Source of the DNA: Blasia pusilla
Lineage: Eukaryota
NCBI GenBank assembly: GCA_050084515.1
Contig: CM114271.1
Coordinates: forward strand, 24,180,001 to 24,244,000
Length of the DNA: 64,000 nucleotides
Direction of reading: 5' to 3'
Shown one piece after another: positions 33,771-47,500 of the stretch. Numbering within the stretch: the first letter of the stretch is position 1; each line of letters begins with the position of its first letter. The notes beneath the pieces are model-generated. The model saw only the letters and a program-made list of their open reading frames with translations. It made no database searches and was not told where the DNA came from. The position numbers and the translations under genes are program-made.

Positions 33771-36700
33771 ATGTCAGAAGGGTTCGTCATGACATTTTAC
33801 TAACACCTTGGTCCGCATCCTGCCTTGCCCCACATAGATCCTGCTCTGCTTGAACCTTAGTAAACCATGCCTCAAACTTATGTTGGCCAACTTCTCACCC
33901 TGCTTCAACTTCCTCAAGTACCCCACTGCTTGAGCGTCCTTCGTGTATCCTTCACGAATCCTTCTCTCCAGATCTGTTTCTTTAGGGAACATTGCTCTCA
34001 AGACGTGTGTCGTCGATGGCATGTGTTCGTCCTTGCGACTCAACACATCTGGAATCACATTATCTTTACCTGTCTTGTGAATCAACTCAACATCCATCAA
34101 CGCCAAGGTTTCATGCCATCATAGTTGTTACGGTGTCACTCGATCGTGGGTCTCAAAATACTTGAGCGATATGTTATCGGTGAACACTCGAGTTCTGTGA
34201 AGTCCCAAATAGTGACACCACTTCCTCAAACAATGAACCACCGCAAACAACTCTTTCTCATGAGTAGGCCATCTTCTTTGAGTGTTGCTAAGATTCTTGC
34301 TCTCGTATGCTACAGGTCTCCCTTCTTGCACCAACATTCCTGCAATCGCGAAATCACTAGCATCAGTATGCATCTCGAATGGTTTGTCACACTCCGGTAG
34401 CTTCAGTTCTGGTTCCTACGATAGAATCTGCTTCACTCAGTTGAACACCTCATTAATTTCCTGGGTCCAGGTCGTGTTGGCAAACTTTACCGTCCAATCC
34501 GTAAGAGGTCTCACAATTCCTGAAAAGTTATTCACATAAGTGCGATAGAACTGCACCGCACCTATGAACCTCCTCATCCCCTTTACGGTGGACGGTGGTT
34601 CCCACTCGGAAATTTCTTTCACCTTCTCCATGTCTGGACTGACGCCATCTGCGCTAACCACGTGACCCAAGAATTTGATCTTGCTCAACCCAAATTCACT
34701 CTTCTCTACATTCGCATACAGCTGATTCGCCCTTAGCTTTGACAAGACCGCTCTCACATGTCGAGCATGCTCCTCTAGTGACTTCGAATAGATAAGTATA
34801 TCATCAATGTAGATGATCACATACTCATCCGTCTCCTTGTGAAAAATGGAGGTCATCAATGTGGTGAACATCGGATGCGCATCGCATAGACCGAAAGGCA
34901 TCACTACAAACTCAAAGGAACCATATCTTGTCCTACACGCAGTCTTCTCCACATCTGCCTCAGCAATCCGAATCTGGTAATATCCTAACTTCAAGTCAAT
35001 CCTACTTCAGTATCTCGCGCTTGCGAGCCTATCAAAAAAGATCATCTATCCTTGGAAGAGGATAGTTGTTCCGAACCGTCACTTTATTCAACGCACGATA
35101 ATCAACACACAGCCTCATCTTCCCATCATTCTTCTTCACAAAGAGAATGGGTGCTCCATAAGGTGACTTGCTAGTCCTAATGTAACCCTTTTCCAAGAGC
35201 TCAATTAACTGCCTTTTTAACTCAAGAAGTTCTTCTTGATTCAACCTATATGGTGCCTTGGAAGGCGTTTGGGAACTAGGTATGATCTCTATCTTATGAT
35301 TGACTGCTCTACATGGCGGCAACTCAGTTGGAAGCTCATTTGTCAAGACATCCTTAAACTCCTTGACCACTTTCTGAAGTAGTGCTGGGATTCCCTTTGA
35401 AGCAGTGTCCTGATCTCTACGTATTTTGCTTGTAGCCTCCTCCACTTGTCTTATCAATAAGAGAAATCTATCCTCTAGCTCGGTCATGCTCCTCCTTGTG
35501 ATAGTGTTCACCAACTCCTTCTTCATGGGAACCTCACGAACCAACCGCTCCTGCAACCGTTTGCCTTTCAGCAAGACGCTCAACCTCAAGGGTCTACGAC
35601 TTAAACTCCACCTCATATGCATCCAAGAATGTATTCCCCAAGACTCCGTCAATGCTATCCATCTCGCACAGAGTGAAGTTCTCCTTCAACTTGAATACCC
35701 CGCATCCTATGGTTAAACCCAAGACCAACTCAGAAGTCCGATAAGACTTGCCTCCGGAAAATCCTACTCGAATGGGCTCATCCACCTTAGAGGTAGACAA
35801 ACCCAGCTCCTTCACAATTCTCGGGCTTAGGAAGGAGTGCGAAGCACATGTATCCACGAGCAACAACACATCGCGATCAGCAATCTTGGATCTTAGGAAC
35901 ACCAAATTGTGCGTCCTCTTGGTGACCTGAAGGGACGTTTCGAGACCACCCTCCAACAGATGCTTAGCAGCAAACGCAATCATACTTCCATGACTAACCT
36001 TTGGTTTTGAACACACTTTCGCCACGTGCCCAGGCTCGCCACAGTTATATCATATGACCTTATCGTTCCCTGACTTAGAATGTTGTCCTCCTCTCGGCTT
36101 CGTATGAAGTTCCACTCGTTTTGCTGTCGGGCAAGCGACTCTCCTGGGTCGTGCGAGCCACCACTCCAAACTCTCTTGAATATCTCCTTGTTCTTCAGCT
36201 TCTTCGGAAAACCTTTTGTCTCAAAGGGTTTCTCGGTTTGGACTTCATCGTCCCCAATCCGCTCCGCCAGCTTCAGAAGGTCCGCGCAGGTATTTGGCAA
36301 CGTCAGCATTTGATAAAGGGCCTTTCCAACACTTGGCTTGAGTCCACTAATGAAGATAGCCTTCTTCGCGTGCTCATCCATTTTTGGAAGAGAAGTCAAT
36401 TTTGCACTAAACTCCCTCACATACGCGCTTAAGGAACCACTCTTCTGCATCCGCACCCATTCCATCGTGTCACGCAACCCTTGGTACTCCGGAGTGAATC
36501 GGTCACCAATCAACACCTTAAACTCCTCCTAACTCAAAGGTGACTCGCCAGCCAGATGTTCCTCTTGTTGAGCTGTCCACCATTGTAGCGCATGATCCTT
36601 TAGGAAAGTAACGGCTACCGTCATCTTGTCCTGCTCAGCTGCTCTTTGCGCCTCGAAGTACAATTCCAGTTCCGTAAGGAAATCCTTCACTTTTCGCGAG

Positions 36701-38195
36701 CTCCCCACCACAATGAATGGCGTGGGCAGGTTTGTCTTGCAGAGCTTTTTTCCCGCACCTAGAGTTCGGTCGGCCTCTAACTCTGAAATCCCCTTGCTTT
36801 GCTGGGACATCTGCTCCACCAACAACTTCAAAAAGTCCAACGTCTGACTTGACTCAATCAGTTCCCTTGAGTTTGGAGCCGATGACCCCGTGGAAAGATT
36901 CGCCTCTGGAACATCCTCACGTTTGGGGTTCAGCTCTTCACGAGTCTCCGTCTCCTCCATAGCTTCACGGTCCGGCATTGGTTTGACTCTCGGTTCCCGT
37001 CGCTTGAGTCGGCGTTTCTTGGGTTCGTCTCCCTCGATCGCCATCTTCAAGCCGCCTCACTCAGATCTCCTCCTTGTTTCTTGCATCCCTCCTTGAGCAC
37101 CTAGGCCTAGCCACTACCTTGAGTTTCCCCAAGCGTCCGGTCTATCCCACGCCCCCAAGTTCTCGCTCACCAAGGATTAGCTCTGATACCACTTGTCGTG
37201 GGCCTACTCTCCTTGAACGTCAATCTCTAGTATTGCGGAAGTGTACGTTCAGTAGGACACGCTCTCATCGCCGACCTGCACCCAAACGCACCCACATTAG
37301 TCTGGCTTTGGGTCAAGTGGTCTTCCAACCCATCGAGTCTTCTACTCGGCGTCTCATCAAGCTCAACCTTCCTTACTTCTTAGGTTCCCAACATGGCAAG
37401 TCCTTCAAGACTTGGAAAACACTTTTGGATTAGTCAAGGAACCTAAAACGGCACCTGCGCGCCTAGCGGTTCCATCTGTTCAACGGACCTCATGCGAGTT
37501 CCTAACCGGGACCCAAGTAATTGAGTCACAGGTTGGAATCCAAGAGGGCTCTCTAAAATCACCTCAATAGACTTGGTTCAGGTTTTCAAGCCCGACTCCA
37601 AACTCCCGATCCTTTCCATGCCCTTGAGCCGCACCACGGCGCCCAAAGTGGGGTTCGAGTCCCAAGCACCCTTGGAGACCTTCCCCCTTACTAGTACTTC
37701 TGGGGTTCTCCAATAACCCCTCCCCTTAAGAAAAGGATCGTCGGGCCCTTCATTGTGGCCCTCAACCCGACTCTACTTACAGTCATTTTCGGGTTGTTTA
37801 TCAGCCGCTACTTATGCATTTGCAAAGATGTTTACTGCGTTTGAACCGGCTTTCCATAAGCTTTCCAATGCACCCTTATTCGTCCCAAACGCATCTTGGC
37901 ACTAAAAGTTATGGCCATAAATACAGTCGGAAACTCTCAAACGCTAGTGGCGTCCCAAATCCAGATTCCTTCCTTTGGCGACCCACTTCCTAGACTTGAC
38001 TCCTCTCAAGTCTTGATCCGCGTTTGGTCCAGGTTTCTTAGTCGTGACCACAACCTATGAAACGCGAAGCCTCGCTTGCGTCTCGTCTCTTGTCTCTTCT
38101 CCGAGACCACTCCAACACGTAAACCATCTTAGCATGAGCCCGCTAGTGTTTCGATGTTCCGCTTTGGCGCTTGTTTGGTCATGAGGGTCGCAACA
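33771..38195 (-). mobile_element. Element E: 3'-truncated chromovirus-type Ty3/gypsy (5' LTR about 37194-38195, gag, PR, RT, RH, start of INT)
   Basis: tRNA-iMet PBS TGGTATCAGAGC at 37180-37191 (minus); LKDHALQWW gag; LVDTCAS protease; [28 protein letters not shown]; ends at KCHD of the integrase zinc finger. The outer LTR boundary is inferred from TG...CA only. Confidence 0.9.
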
Positions 38196-41100
38196 CTATC
38201 TAAGGAGTGGGTCGTTCAAATGTCCAACCATGTAGTAAACATCGCGCATATGACATAACAAGACACTGAATGGGAGGGGCAAAGGCCGACGCTTGCTCGA
38301 AGGATTCCTAGTCATTTAGACTTTAATAGATATCCTTCTACACCTATTTATGGTGCACGTTAGTTTAGCCATAGGTCTAGCATACTTGGTGCCCACCAAT
38401 AATATAGAACTCATCCATAGTTGACCATCCACATCTAAATTCTCTAGACTTGCCACATTTTTGCCTATATAGGATAGCTTCTTCTTTTTTTCTACATTTT
38501 CGGTTCTGTGATTCAATTGAATTCAAAATGCATTTTAAATTTGGGAAGTAAATTTGAAATTTTAAAAATAAGATTATTTTGCAAGTACATTAGACTTACT
38601 AGAAATTAGGTTCCAATATATTTTCAAGTTCTTATATAAATACTTGCCAATTCAATGCAAGTCTATTGCAACTCCATTGCGATTATTTTGCAATTGTGCA
38701 TACTCACAAAATTGTGAGAAGCATATGAGTTGTAAGTGTAGAAAATGTGCCATTTGACATGAATTGCACTGATAATTTGTGATTGAAAATAACTACTTCA
38801 TTATGGTTTTTTCCAAGTATAGGAATTACAAGTTTGTGAGTACACTAAGAATATTGTGCCACTATTTTGCAACTTATCTAAGTTTATTTTTCCACTACTA
38901 AGAGCCGCAAGGTTTCTCCTAATATAGAATTGTATGGAGAATATCCGATTGTTGAGAATACGAGTGATATGCGGAAGGTTTAAAGGAAACATTTGGTCAC
39001 AATATTCAATGAGATATTGAGGAGGTTGGTAAATGAGAAGATGGCCTTGGTCTTTTGCTCTAGTATACATCTTAAATCAATGTAATATAGGTTTGAAGTT
39101 GATAATGAAGTCATTTGGTAGTGATTACGTACTTATGGTCTATGTAGTACTTATGGTATTACCTTGAAGAGGCCAAGAGGCTAGTGGGGAACCAAGAAGA
39201 GAGCCATGATCCGGGGTCCAAGGGGAAGAGACCTTGGTGTGATCCAAAAAAAGTCAAAACCTAGACTAACTAGTCGCGAGCCTAGTAAGGGCGCCAAAAT
39301 CGATGACGGGATTAACGCTATCCGAAACGAGCATGTTCCTTAAGACTTATCTTAGGTGAGAAAAGGCATAATATAATCACGAGGAGAATGAGGAAAAGGC
39401 AAGAAAGGTGTAAGAACCTTAAGCCAAGTTCCAAGTCAAAGGAGATTAGCAATAAGCACAAGGGTAGTTAAGAAGAGCGAGATGTCATGAGACTGGAAAT
39501 AAAATGCAAAGGGTGACAAGAAAACCTTGAGATGCCAAATGGCAATAGTGAAGAAGAGAACCAGCCATGAGATAAAAAAGATTTGGGAGGAAGTTCCAAG
39601 ATGCGCTCGGAAGTTGGGAGTTGTAGAATGTGCAAGAAGACCTCTCTTACTCGTGTTGTGGGGTAACTAGATGTAAGGTTTGTTTAAAAAAAATTCTACA
39701 TTCATGTACCTCCCTTAACCCTTTAGGTCTTCTTGATTTATAATTATCCCAACATCATACTACAACACAAATGCCAAATGACATCATATTATAGAGTATA
39801 CTTTTTAGGAGTAGGATAACATTCATAACTGTTATTATGACTAAAAGTTTAGTTCCATCATAATATTCCAATTTCCATGCTTTGGGGATATTTACGCAAA
39901 AACTAATGCGTATTTCAAATCTTATTTTCAAACCCAATTTTGAAGCCATCAATAGAATTGATACATATATTACTCGCTATATTTTTACAAAAAACCATTC
40001 GAGTTCCTTTAAAGCCTATTTTAACTTGAGATGCTTTTTTTTTTTTTAATGAGCATGTGAGATCAAACAAGTAAGAGATTTGAGATTTCAAGCCAGTACT
40101 TTCAAGATTATTGCACTTTTTTTTAGGGAATTTTTATGCCATTTACATTTGACATTTACCTAGAGATGCAAATTGTAGGTTGAAATTAAATTGATATCAG
40201 ATAATTCTCATTATATGAACAATTCATGCTTATTCTTAGAAAAAAGCATCAAGTGCTTGCAAGATGGTTTATGTCAATTAATCTATAAGTTACAATCCCA
40301 ATATGCTTCCACAATGTCGATTAAATTCCTATATTTGCTTCATTTATACTTTTCTCAACTTGAAGTTGTTATAAAACTTACATCCATCGTTTGAAAAGAT
40401 TCTATTCATAGATTTGATTCATCAAGAAAATATTGATATTTTTTTGTTTTTAAACATCCCAACCTAATACGTAAATATCCAATAACACATTCTCAAGTAC
40501 CAAGCTAGAGTAATACTACAAAAAAGTTAGTCTACTTGTCATAATCTATGTCAAGAAGAACCTTTTCTAGACGTCATTGATTCCATTTTGGAGAGTATGA
40601 CAGTTTCGATCCACTTTTACAAAAGATCATTAGGAATTTATTTTTTATTCAAGACTTGTGCAATGAGGCTCAACAAAATCTTGATATAGCAATCTTATTT
40701 TTAGGACTCGTAGTTGAAAACAAGGAGCACTAAATTTAAATAGATGATGAAGCTAAAGTGCTCCACTATGTGTCCTATATCTTTCCTCCTTCGTGCTTTC
40801 CACGATGTTGAAGTCATTCAATGTATAGTTAAACCTAAACAGACTCTTAATTATAATATTTTCTTACCTTCACGGCTAGAACGATTTAAACATTACTTGC
40901 GCATTCTTCACAAAATTCATTATTATGAGATTTCTAGTTTTTTTGGCAATAAAACTTTTTGATTTTATGTTAATAAAGCAATTTTTCCTCTACATTCATT
41001 TCTTTTCAATCCATTGTGCTAAAATTGAGATACTTATCTAGTGTAAGACAAACATCTCCCAAAATTGCTAACACAATAGCGTCTATGTAATTAACGTATA

Positions 41101-43503
41101 TTACACTATAATGTTGTCTTTCTTTGCATATTAGATATTATTTTTTCAATTTCTAGTCATATATGCATTTCATTCACTTAAGATTCTTCCTACTCTTGAT
41201 GTTAGAATGATTGATGAAACAAAATTCCATGAAAATCTTGAAAAGCCTCAAAATAACCTGTTTGAGGGAAAATTTTAGCCATGCTTTCTTGCACTAGAAA
41301 TAAAGTTTACTCAACAAGCACATCTAGGGTTAACAAGGAACTTAATTTCTAAAAAATATTCTTGCATATACTCAACATAACTAGAATAATTTGACAATCA
41401 TCGACTTAAATTTTATTAATACAATATATGATGCCCAAGAATTTAAGGAAGTCAATCCTTTCTAAGCCATTGTAATTAAAAATTTTAAGCATAACTCAAC
41501 ATGAAAAAACAAACTCATTTTACATCCAACGTATGAAATTGTAAGTCGTCCTTGCTTGCCCACATGTTAGGTCAAATTCTAATTTAAGATTCAAGTGCAC
41601 AAAATATGACCCATCTTTATCACCTTGCTTGCACACACGTAATGTGAAATTGGAATTTAAGATTCAAATACAAAAAGTATAAACCATCTTCATCATGTAC
41701 ACATTCATAGCATATATTTCATATCCTCCACTGTAAATATTTCTGGAAAATTTTCTTTCATTCCTTAAAAATTAGATAAAATCATGTCATATAGGCCGTA
41801 TACTTGTTCTCTATAGACCAATGAGAGGAGGGGGTTTGGTGAAGGTGTTGGAGATTATATTGGAACACCATAATACTTTTTCTTCTAACATAAATTTTGA
41901 ATAGTGCAGTCCCCTCATACAAATGTAGTCTTGGAGGAGTGGAGAAATATTTAAAGATCTCACAGTTTAGGATATTCAACGTGGCAAAATCTTAAGAGGA
42001 AGAGGAAATAAATGACATGAATAACAAAATATGGGGGAGCCCATCATAAATACAAGGAGAGGAGACTAAAAGATTGAAGAAGATTTTTGCCACAATATTT
42101 CATGGGCAAGAAATTTTATTTTTTTAAAAGATACTTACATGTATGAAGACCCCTAACAGTGATGTATCCTACTTCATTTTTTTGGCCCGTATAGAATGAC
42201 GGAGACCAAGTAAAGAGCATTCCAAATTCCTTTGGGGTTTACTAGTATCTATCATAGGCACTAGTGCATCAGATGCTTATGATGGATAATTTGAGTTATC
42301 CATTATTACCATAGTTGACCCTGAACTTGGATGATTCCTAATCAATCATAAACTTGACTGACCTCAAAATTGATTTTAAATTATCAAAAGAAAATATCAA
42401 GACTTAATGGAACAAAATTTGAGATGTTCCGCCATAAAGAATAAGGGTGAATCCTCATTTGAACCAGCCAACCTTCAAATCTTAGACATGGCTACTCAAG
42501 AAATTCTTCAGGGTCCCTTTGTTCCAAGACATATATATGTAAAGAGTTGGCGACACACATGCATGTATATAGGTATGTTTACAACTAAGTGAGATCAAGT
42601 TGATCATGCTGCCTCATTGCATTGATCATCAAACACCCTGATTTTCCGCACCACCCACCTCCACCAATCACCGTCCGAACCTTTGTTAGCATTCTACATT
42701 GGTCTACCACGCTCTTGGACTCAATCCCTTCATGTTTTCTTTTTCTTGGCTTCCAACCAGCCTTTGAGGGGGATACTCATCCGATGCCAAGGGTGTGCAT
42801 TCAACGAATCCCAAGTAGCTTCCATCCCTTTAGGATTGGTCCATATACATGAAACTCATGCTGAAATATGCCTTTGCAATATGAGACCACCTGCTCCTTG
42901 AGTATTTCCTCCACTCATATGCCGTGCAACTCATGTAAAGCCTCCAAAACAAGGTGCCAATTTTTTTCTCTTGAGAAGAATTAGTCAAAATCCTCCATGA
43001 AGTCTAGAAGTAATAAAATATGCAAGAACATATGATAACTTTTCATAGCAGCAAGCGACATAATTCATAAGCCACATTGGGGACTCGTCTTAGAAAAGTT
43101 TAAGGTCTTTCCCAATGCCGTACTAGTTTCCGCACATGGCTCCTGGAGAAATGAAAATTATTCGTTTTCAACCACAACTTGTTGCCCATATAATACTCCA
43201 CATCGCGTCGATGCTGATTGTCTTAATTTGCGTAGCCTTTCTTAGCATGTGCCATGTTAGCCTTGGCAAGATTAGACACAAGCCTGTTTATATCCAAAAA
43301 CTAATCATTTTTGGGCATGGCTTGTGACCTAGGCACGTTCACCTCATTCCACATGAACAAAAATAAGGATGTGAGTGGTCAATATTAAGACTGAGTTATA
43401 GTTCACCTGATCAAACACACAAATGCTACATTTGGTACTCATATAAAGTTGGAAAGCTGAATCTTGAATAGTTAGTAAAACATGATTATCATTAGTTAAC
43501 CAC

Positions 43504-44560
43504 TGTTAGTAAAACTCGAGATTATGGTTAGGATTAGGGTTTGGGTTGCTCGTACATACCCTATATAATTGAGAAGGGGACCAACCTCCACTCATTCTCT
43601 TATTGCAACATTTTGTTCTTGATGGCGGTGTGTGTGAGAGGGAAAGTCATATCTCACTAGTTATCCTTGTTAAGAAGTTTTCTACATGATACCAGATCGA
43701 GCGATATGAGAACAACAATTGAAATTATTTGTATTTAAGGAGAGGAAAGAGGAAAGAGGCAAGATAATGCATAATTTCAATTTGGCGCAAGGAAATTTCA
43801 ATCATAGTTCAATGGTAGAATATTTCAGGTGAAGCTGTGACGATAAGAAAACTTTGGAGGCACTTTTAGGACTTTCGTGATAGATTCAACAATCTAGATC
43901 CGTATTGTTTAGAATAACATCGAAGGTTAGGTTTGATTGTCTTGTAGAGCTCATCAAGAGATTTCTAATGCACGAGAATTGTTTGATTTTAGTATTTTGA
44001 GCTCGTACAATAGTCATTTAAGTACAGTGAAGGAAAATTATGCATGTTGCTCTATACGTGCAAATTTTGACTAGTAGTTCTTCCATACATTTGGTCATTT
44101 TTGGAAAATTTAAGGTCAAATTTTGTGTAGGAGTAGTCTATGCTTGAATTGGAGTAGTAAAGAGCCCAAAATTATGATTAGTGATTAAAATCGTTCTCGA
44201 TGGAGTATTCCTCAGCAACAATCACATACGAGAAGCTACATAAGCATAATTATAATGTGGAAAAGCTTTGCATGAAGAAATTTCTCATGGATCAAGAATT
44301 ATCAGAGCTTGTTACATGTGATGAGGCCAAACCAAATGGTGACTCAACGAACTTCAATGTTTGTGCTTAGAACAAGTGCACAAGGTAAGTAATCCACAAC
44401 ATTTCAATAACGATTAATTTGCCAATGATTGGTCATATTCAAGATGTTGATATTACAAAGAAGGCTCGGGATGCATTGGAAAACTATTCGAGATATATAT
44501 AAGGCCAAAACGTTTCAATACAAAAAAATGGAACGAAGTGAGAAAATAATGACAAAGTAT
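43504..44560 (+). mobile_element. Degenerate Ty1/copia remnant (short LTR, PBS, gag N-terminus)
   Basis: tgttag...tctaca (43504-43686), then tgataccagatc (decayed iMet PBS); ITYEKLHKHNYNVW and IGHIQDVDITKKARDALE at about 44220-44485. Confidence 0.6.
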
Positions 44561-47500
44561 TAATGATAATATTTTGAATATCTACACTATTATGCGAGAG
44601 TGCTATCTCGCGGTGCAAACAACCCATGTTCTGACATGTGGACTTTTGAGCAAATGGCAACATGTGTTACTAGCCATCTATCGCACACTTTTGACAATCG
44701 TTGGATGATGAGATCAGTTGCGATAGGGTTTCTTGACATCCGCCAGCTTCGCTTCTAATGGCTTTTGGAACGATTTTGAAATTTGTCCTTGTTATTTGAC
44801 AATTAAGATCTTCTCGAGGAGGGAGATCCGTTGATCACATTGGCCCCTCACTAAGCCAAGAGTTGTGGGGGTACAAGACGGCCTTTAAGGCTTCAAAGTT
44901 ATGGAGGGATTGCAAGAGTATTTATTTCTTACACCCAAATTCAGAATTTCCACAATGCTCGCGATGATTAGGTACTGTCAGTTGACCTTTGCAACCCTGC
45001 TTCTACATACACCAATGATGTTGTGACTTTTGAGGTTTATTTTTGTGAGAAAATGGCTATAAGTACTATAGTTATGAAGCTCAATAGTCTTGGAGCTCTA
45101 CCAATTGCGATGTACATGATTCTATGTTGATCTTTGTGCAGTATTCTACTGAATGTTTTTCCAGTACTTGGCCGATTGAGTAGAGACAACTCCCACATTA
45201 GAGTGCTCATCCTGGTTCAGTTCTATTTCCAAGATCCAACAGAGATATCAGCTCTAGCGCCACCCAAACTCAGATCAAGCTCGAAGGGTCAAATTTGACT
45301 TCAACTCGATCGCCTCTTCAGCTACAGCTCTGGATTTGGGTGTAGCGCCTCCCTTGAAGTTTCAACTCGGACTTCAGCTGCACCGCCTCTCCCATTCGAA
45401 GCAACTTGCAAGCAACTTAGTCTGCAAGCATACACAAGAAAGGTGCAAATAAAAGCGCAACTACCAAAGCATGGCAATAAAATTAATCTACTCAGGGGAA
45501 GGGGAATCGTGTGTCCAATGTGCCTTCATCGAAAAAAACTACGGTGTTAAGTCGTCGAATCTCCAAGAATTGGAGAGCTCAAAGTGGTCCCCCATATCTC
45601 AAGAAGATCTCATGGGATTAGCAAGTGGAAAAATTCCCACTGTCGCAATAGTCCTTGGGAGGAGAGAATCATCCCCGAGCATGCTCCACGCTTCGAAGAT
45701 AGATTAAAAGATTCCCTCCCCGCTAGAGCACACCCTGCATTATAAGACAAAAGGTATTATCCATGTCCAGTTGAAAGCTTGGGCAAAGATGTGGTTATAG
45801 AAGTTCAAGGAATCCCCTCGTACCGGCTTAGGAGGCCCAACTACGATAGAGGAAACACCATCGAGCGTGCATTTTCAAAGAAGCAGCAAAAAACCCCATA
45901 CCCCAACATCGAACAGCAACCCTCACCGTGTCATAGGAGATCCCCAATTGTCGCTGATGTTCATACTGCATGTGCCACAGAACTAGAGGCTACAAAGGAG
46001 TCGACTAAGAGAGGGAAAAAAAGGAAATGTAGTGGTAGTGAATATATATATATATCGGTTGTAGCTAGGAACGCTAGACTCTGCCGATGACATTAGTGAC
46101 ACACATGTTATGCTAACTCTCCTACTGAAACTTTTTTTGAGGATGAAAGTTTTCAACTCCTGCATACGCATGTCTTACCGATGTGTCCCCTCTATCTATT
46201 AATACTCATCTCAAGTACCTAGCGCCCACCCAATGGTAAACCTAACCAAGTCCTTTGAATCAAACCATGCGCGGATCTCAATCTGTCAACTAAGAGTAGA
46301 GAATAACAACAGAAACGGAGAGGCAACGTCGACGATGGGGCGCTCGAGCTGTGCGCGATTGAGCGGAGAGTGAGAGCATAGGAGGGGAGGCGACCAGGGC
46401 CAAAACCCTTGAGGGAATAAAAATGCGCAGGGTCATGCGGTTTGTGTGTGTGCATAGCTTGACTAGCTCAAGCTAGGAGCCCTGCTTTGTCTGCCTAGAG
46501 TAGGAGAGAAACAATAGGAAGGAATAGGGGAAGTGACTAGCTTGAGCTGAGAGTGAGAGCAGAGGATGAGAGGGAAGCTTCGATCCTTCCTGGGCTATGG
46601 CTCCAAACTGAAGCCAAGTTGGGAGTCCTAAGCCGCAAACTGAACCCAACTGAACCCGACGACACACCCAAGCCTGAACTCTGCACGAGAGGCACTCAAA
46701 GCCACAAGTAAACCCGACGCACACCAACCAACCCACACGAGAGGCACTCAAGAGTGCCACAATTAAGCCCAACATGAAAGTGTGCACGATAGGCACTCAA
46801 GAGTGTCTCAACAAACCCAGTACGCCAACTGTTTCTGTCTCACATCCTATGTTGCAAACGCGAGTGCCAACATGAACGGGAGAAGCCGCACGAAGAGACA
46901 AAGCACGCTGCACAACGTGTCACGTCTTTTAGGATAGATCGATGAGATCTAGTAGAGCGCCTTCGTGAGTAGTGGAAGACATGCTCAATAGGTTGAGGAT
47001 GACTTGCTGAGGCCCCGAGAAACCTGAGAGAGCAGGTTTCCCCTTCGTTTCGGCTCATTTAGAGCCATATTGAGGAACTTACTATTTTAGGTAAGTACCA
47101 TTTCAACTATATGATCGACTCTCTATTTTTGGTAAGTGGCCCTTAAGCTCCTACATCAGGTCAAGAGCCAAGGAGGTGACTTGGGAGAATAGGTTACCGT
47201 GGAGAGAGTTTGGGAGAGGGAAGGGGTATACCTCAAGGAAAGAGAGCTTGTGAGCCCATTCTCTTTTTGTTGAACCTCTTGGCATGAGGCGGCGGAGCTA
47301 TGGTCCTTTGCCTTGTGAGTGTAACCCAAGCCTCTCATTAGGAGAGTGGGTTTGGTTTGACATGAGAGAGAGTGCACACCTTTGAGAGCTATGGTGAGAG
47401 ATGGTGTAGAGAGAGATTGGATCTTACTTTACAAAGAGAGAATGAGAGAGTGAGAGAGCTTCATGGGGGAGCTCGCTGGTCACTTGCTGTTTTTGTAGGT

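Noticed and set aside
41900-43330. Possible very old gypsy pol fragments
   Set aside because: Only faint motif echoes (for example ttggggtttactagtatctatcatagg); no continuous frame that I can support
45471-46090. Two short adjacent plus-strand ORFs
   Set aside because: No recognisable domain or splice pattern
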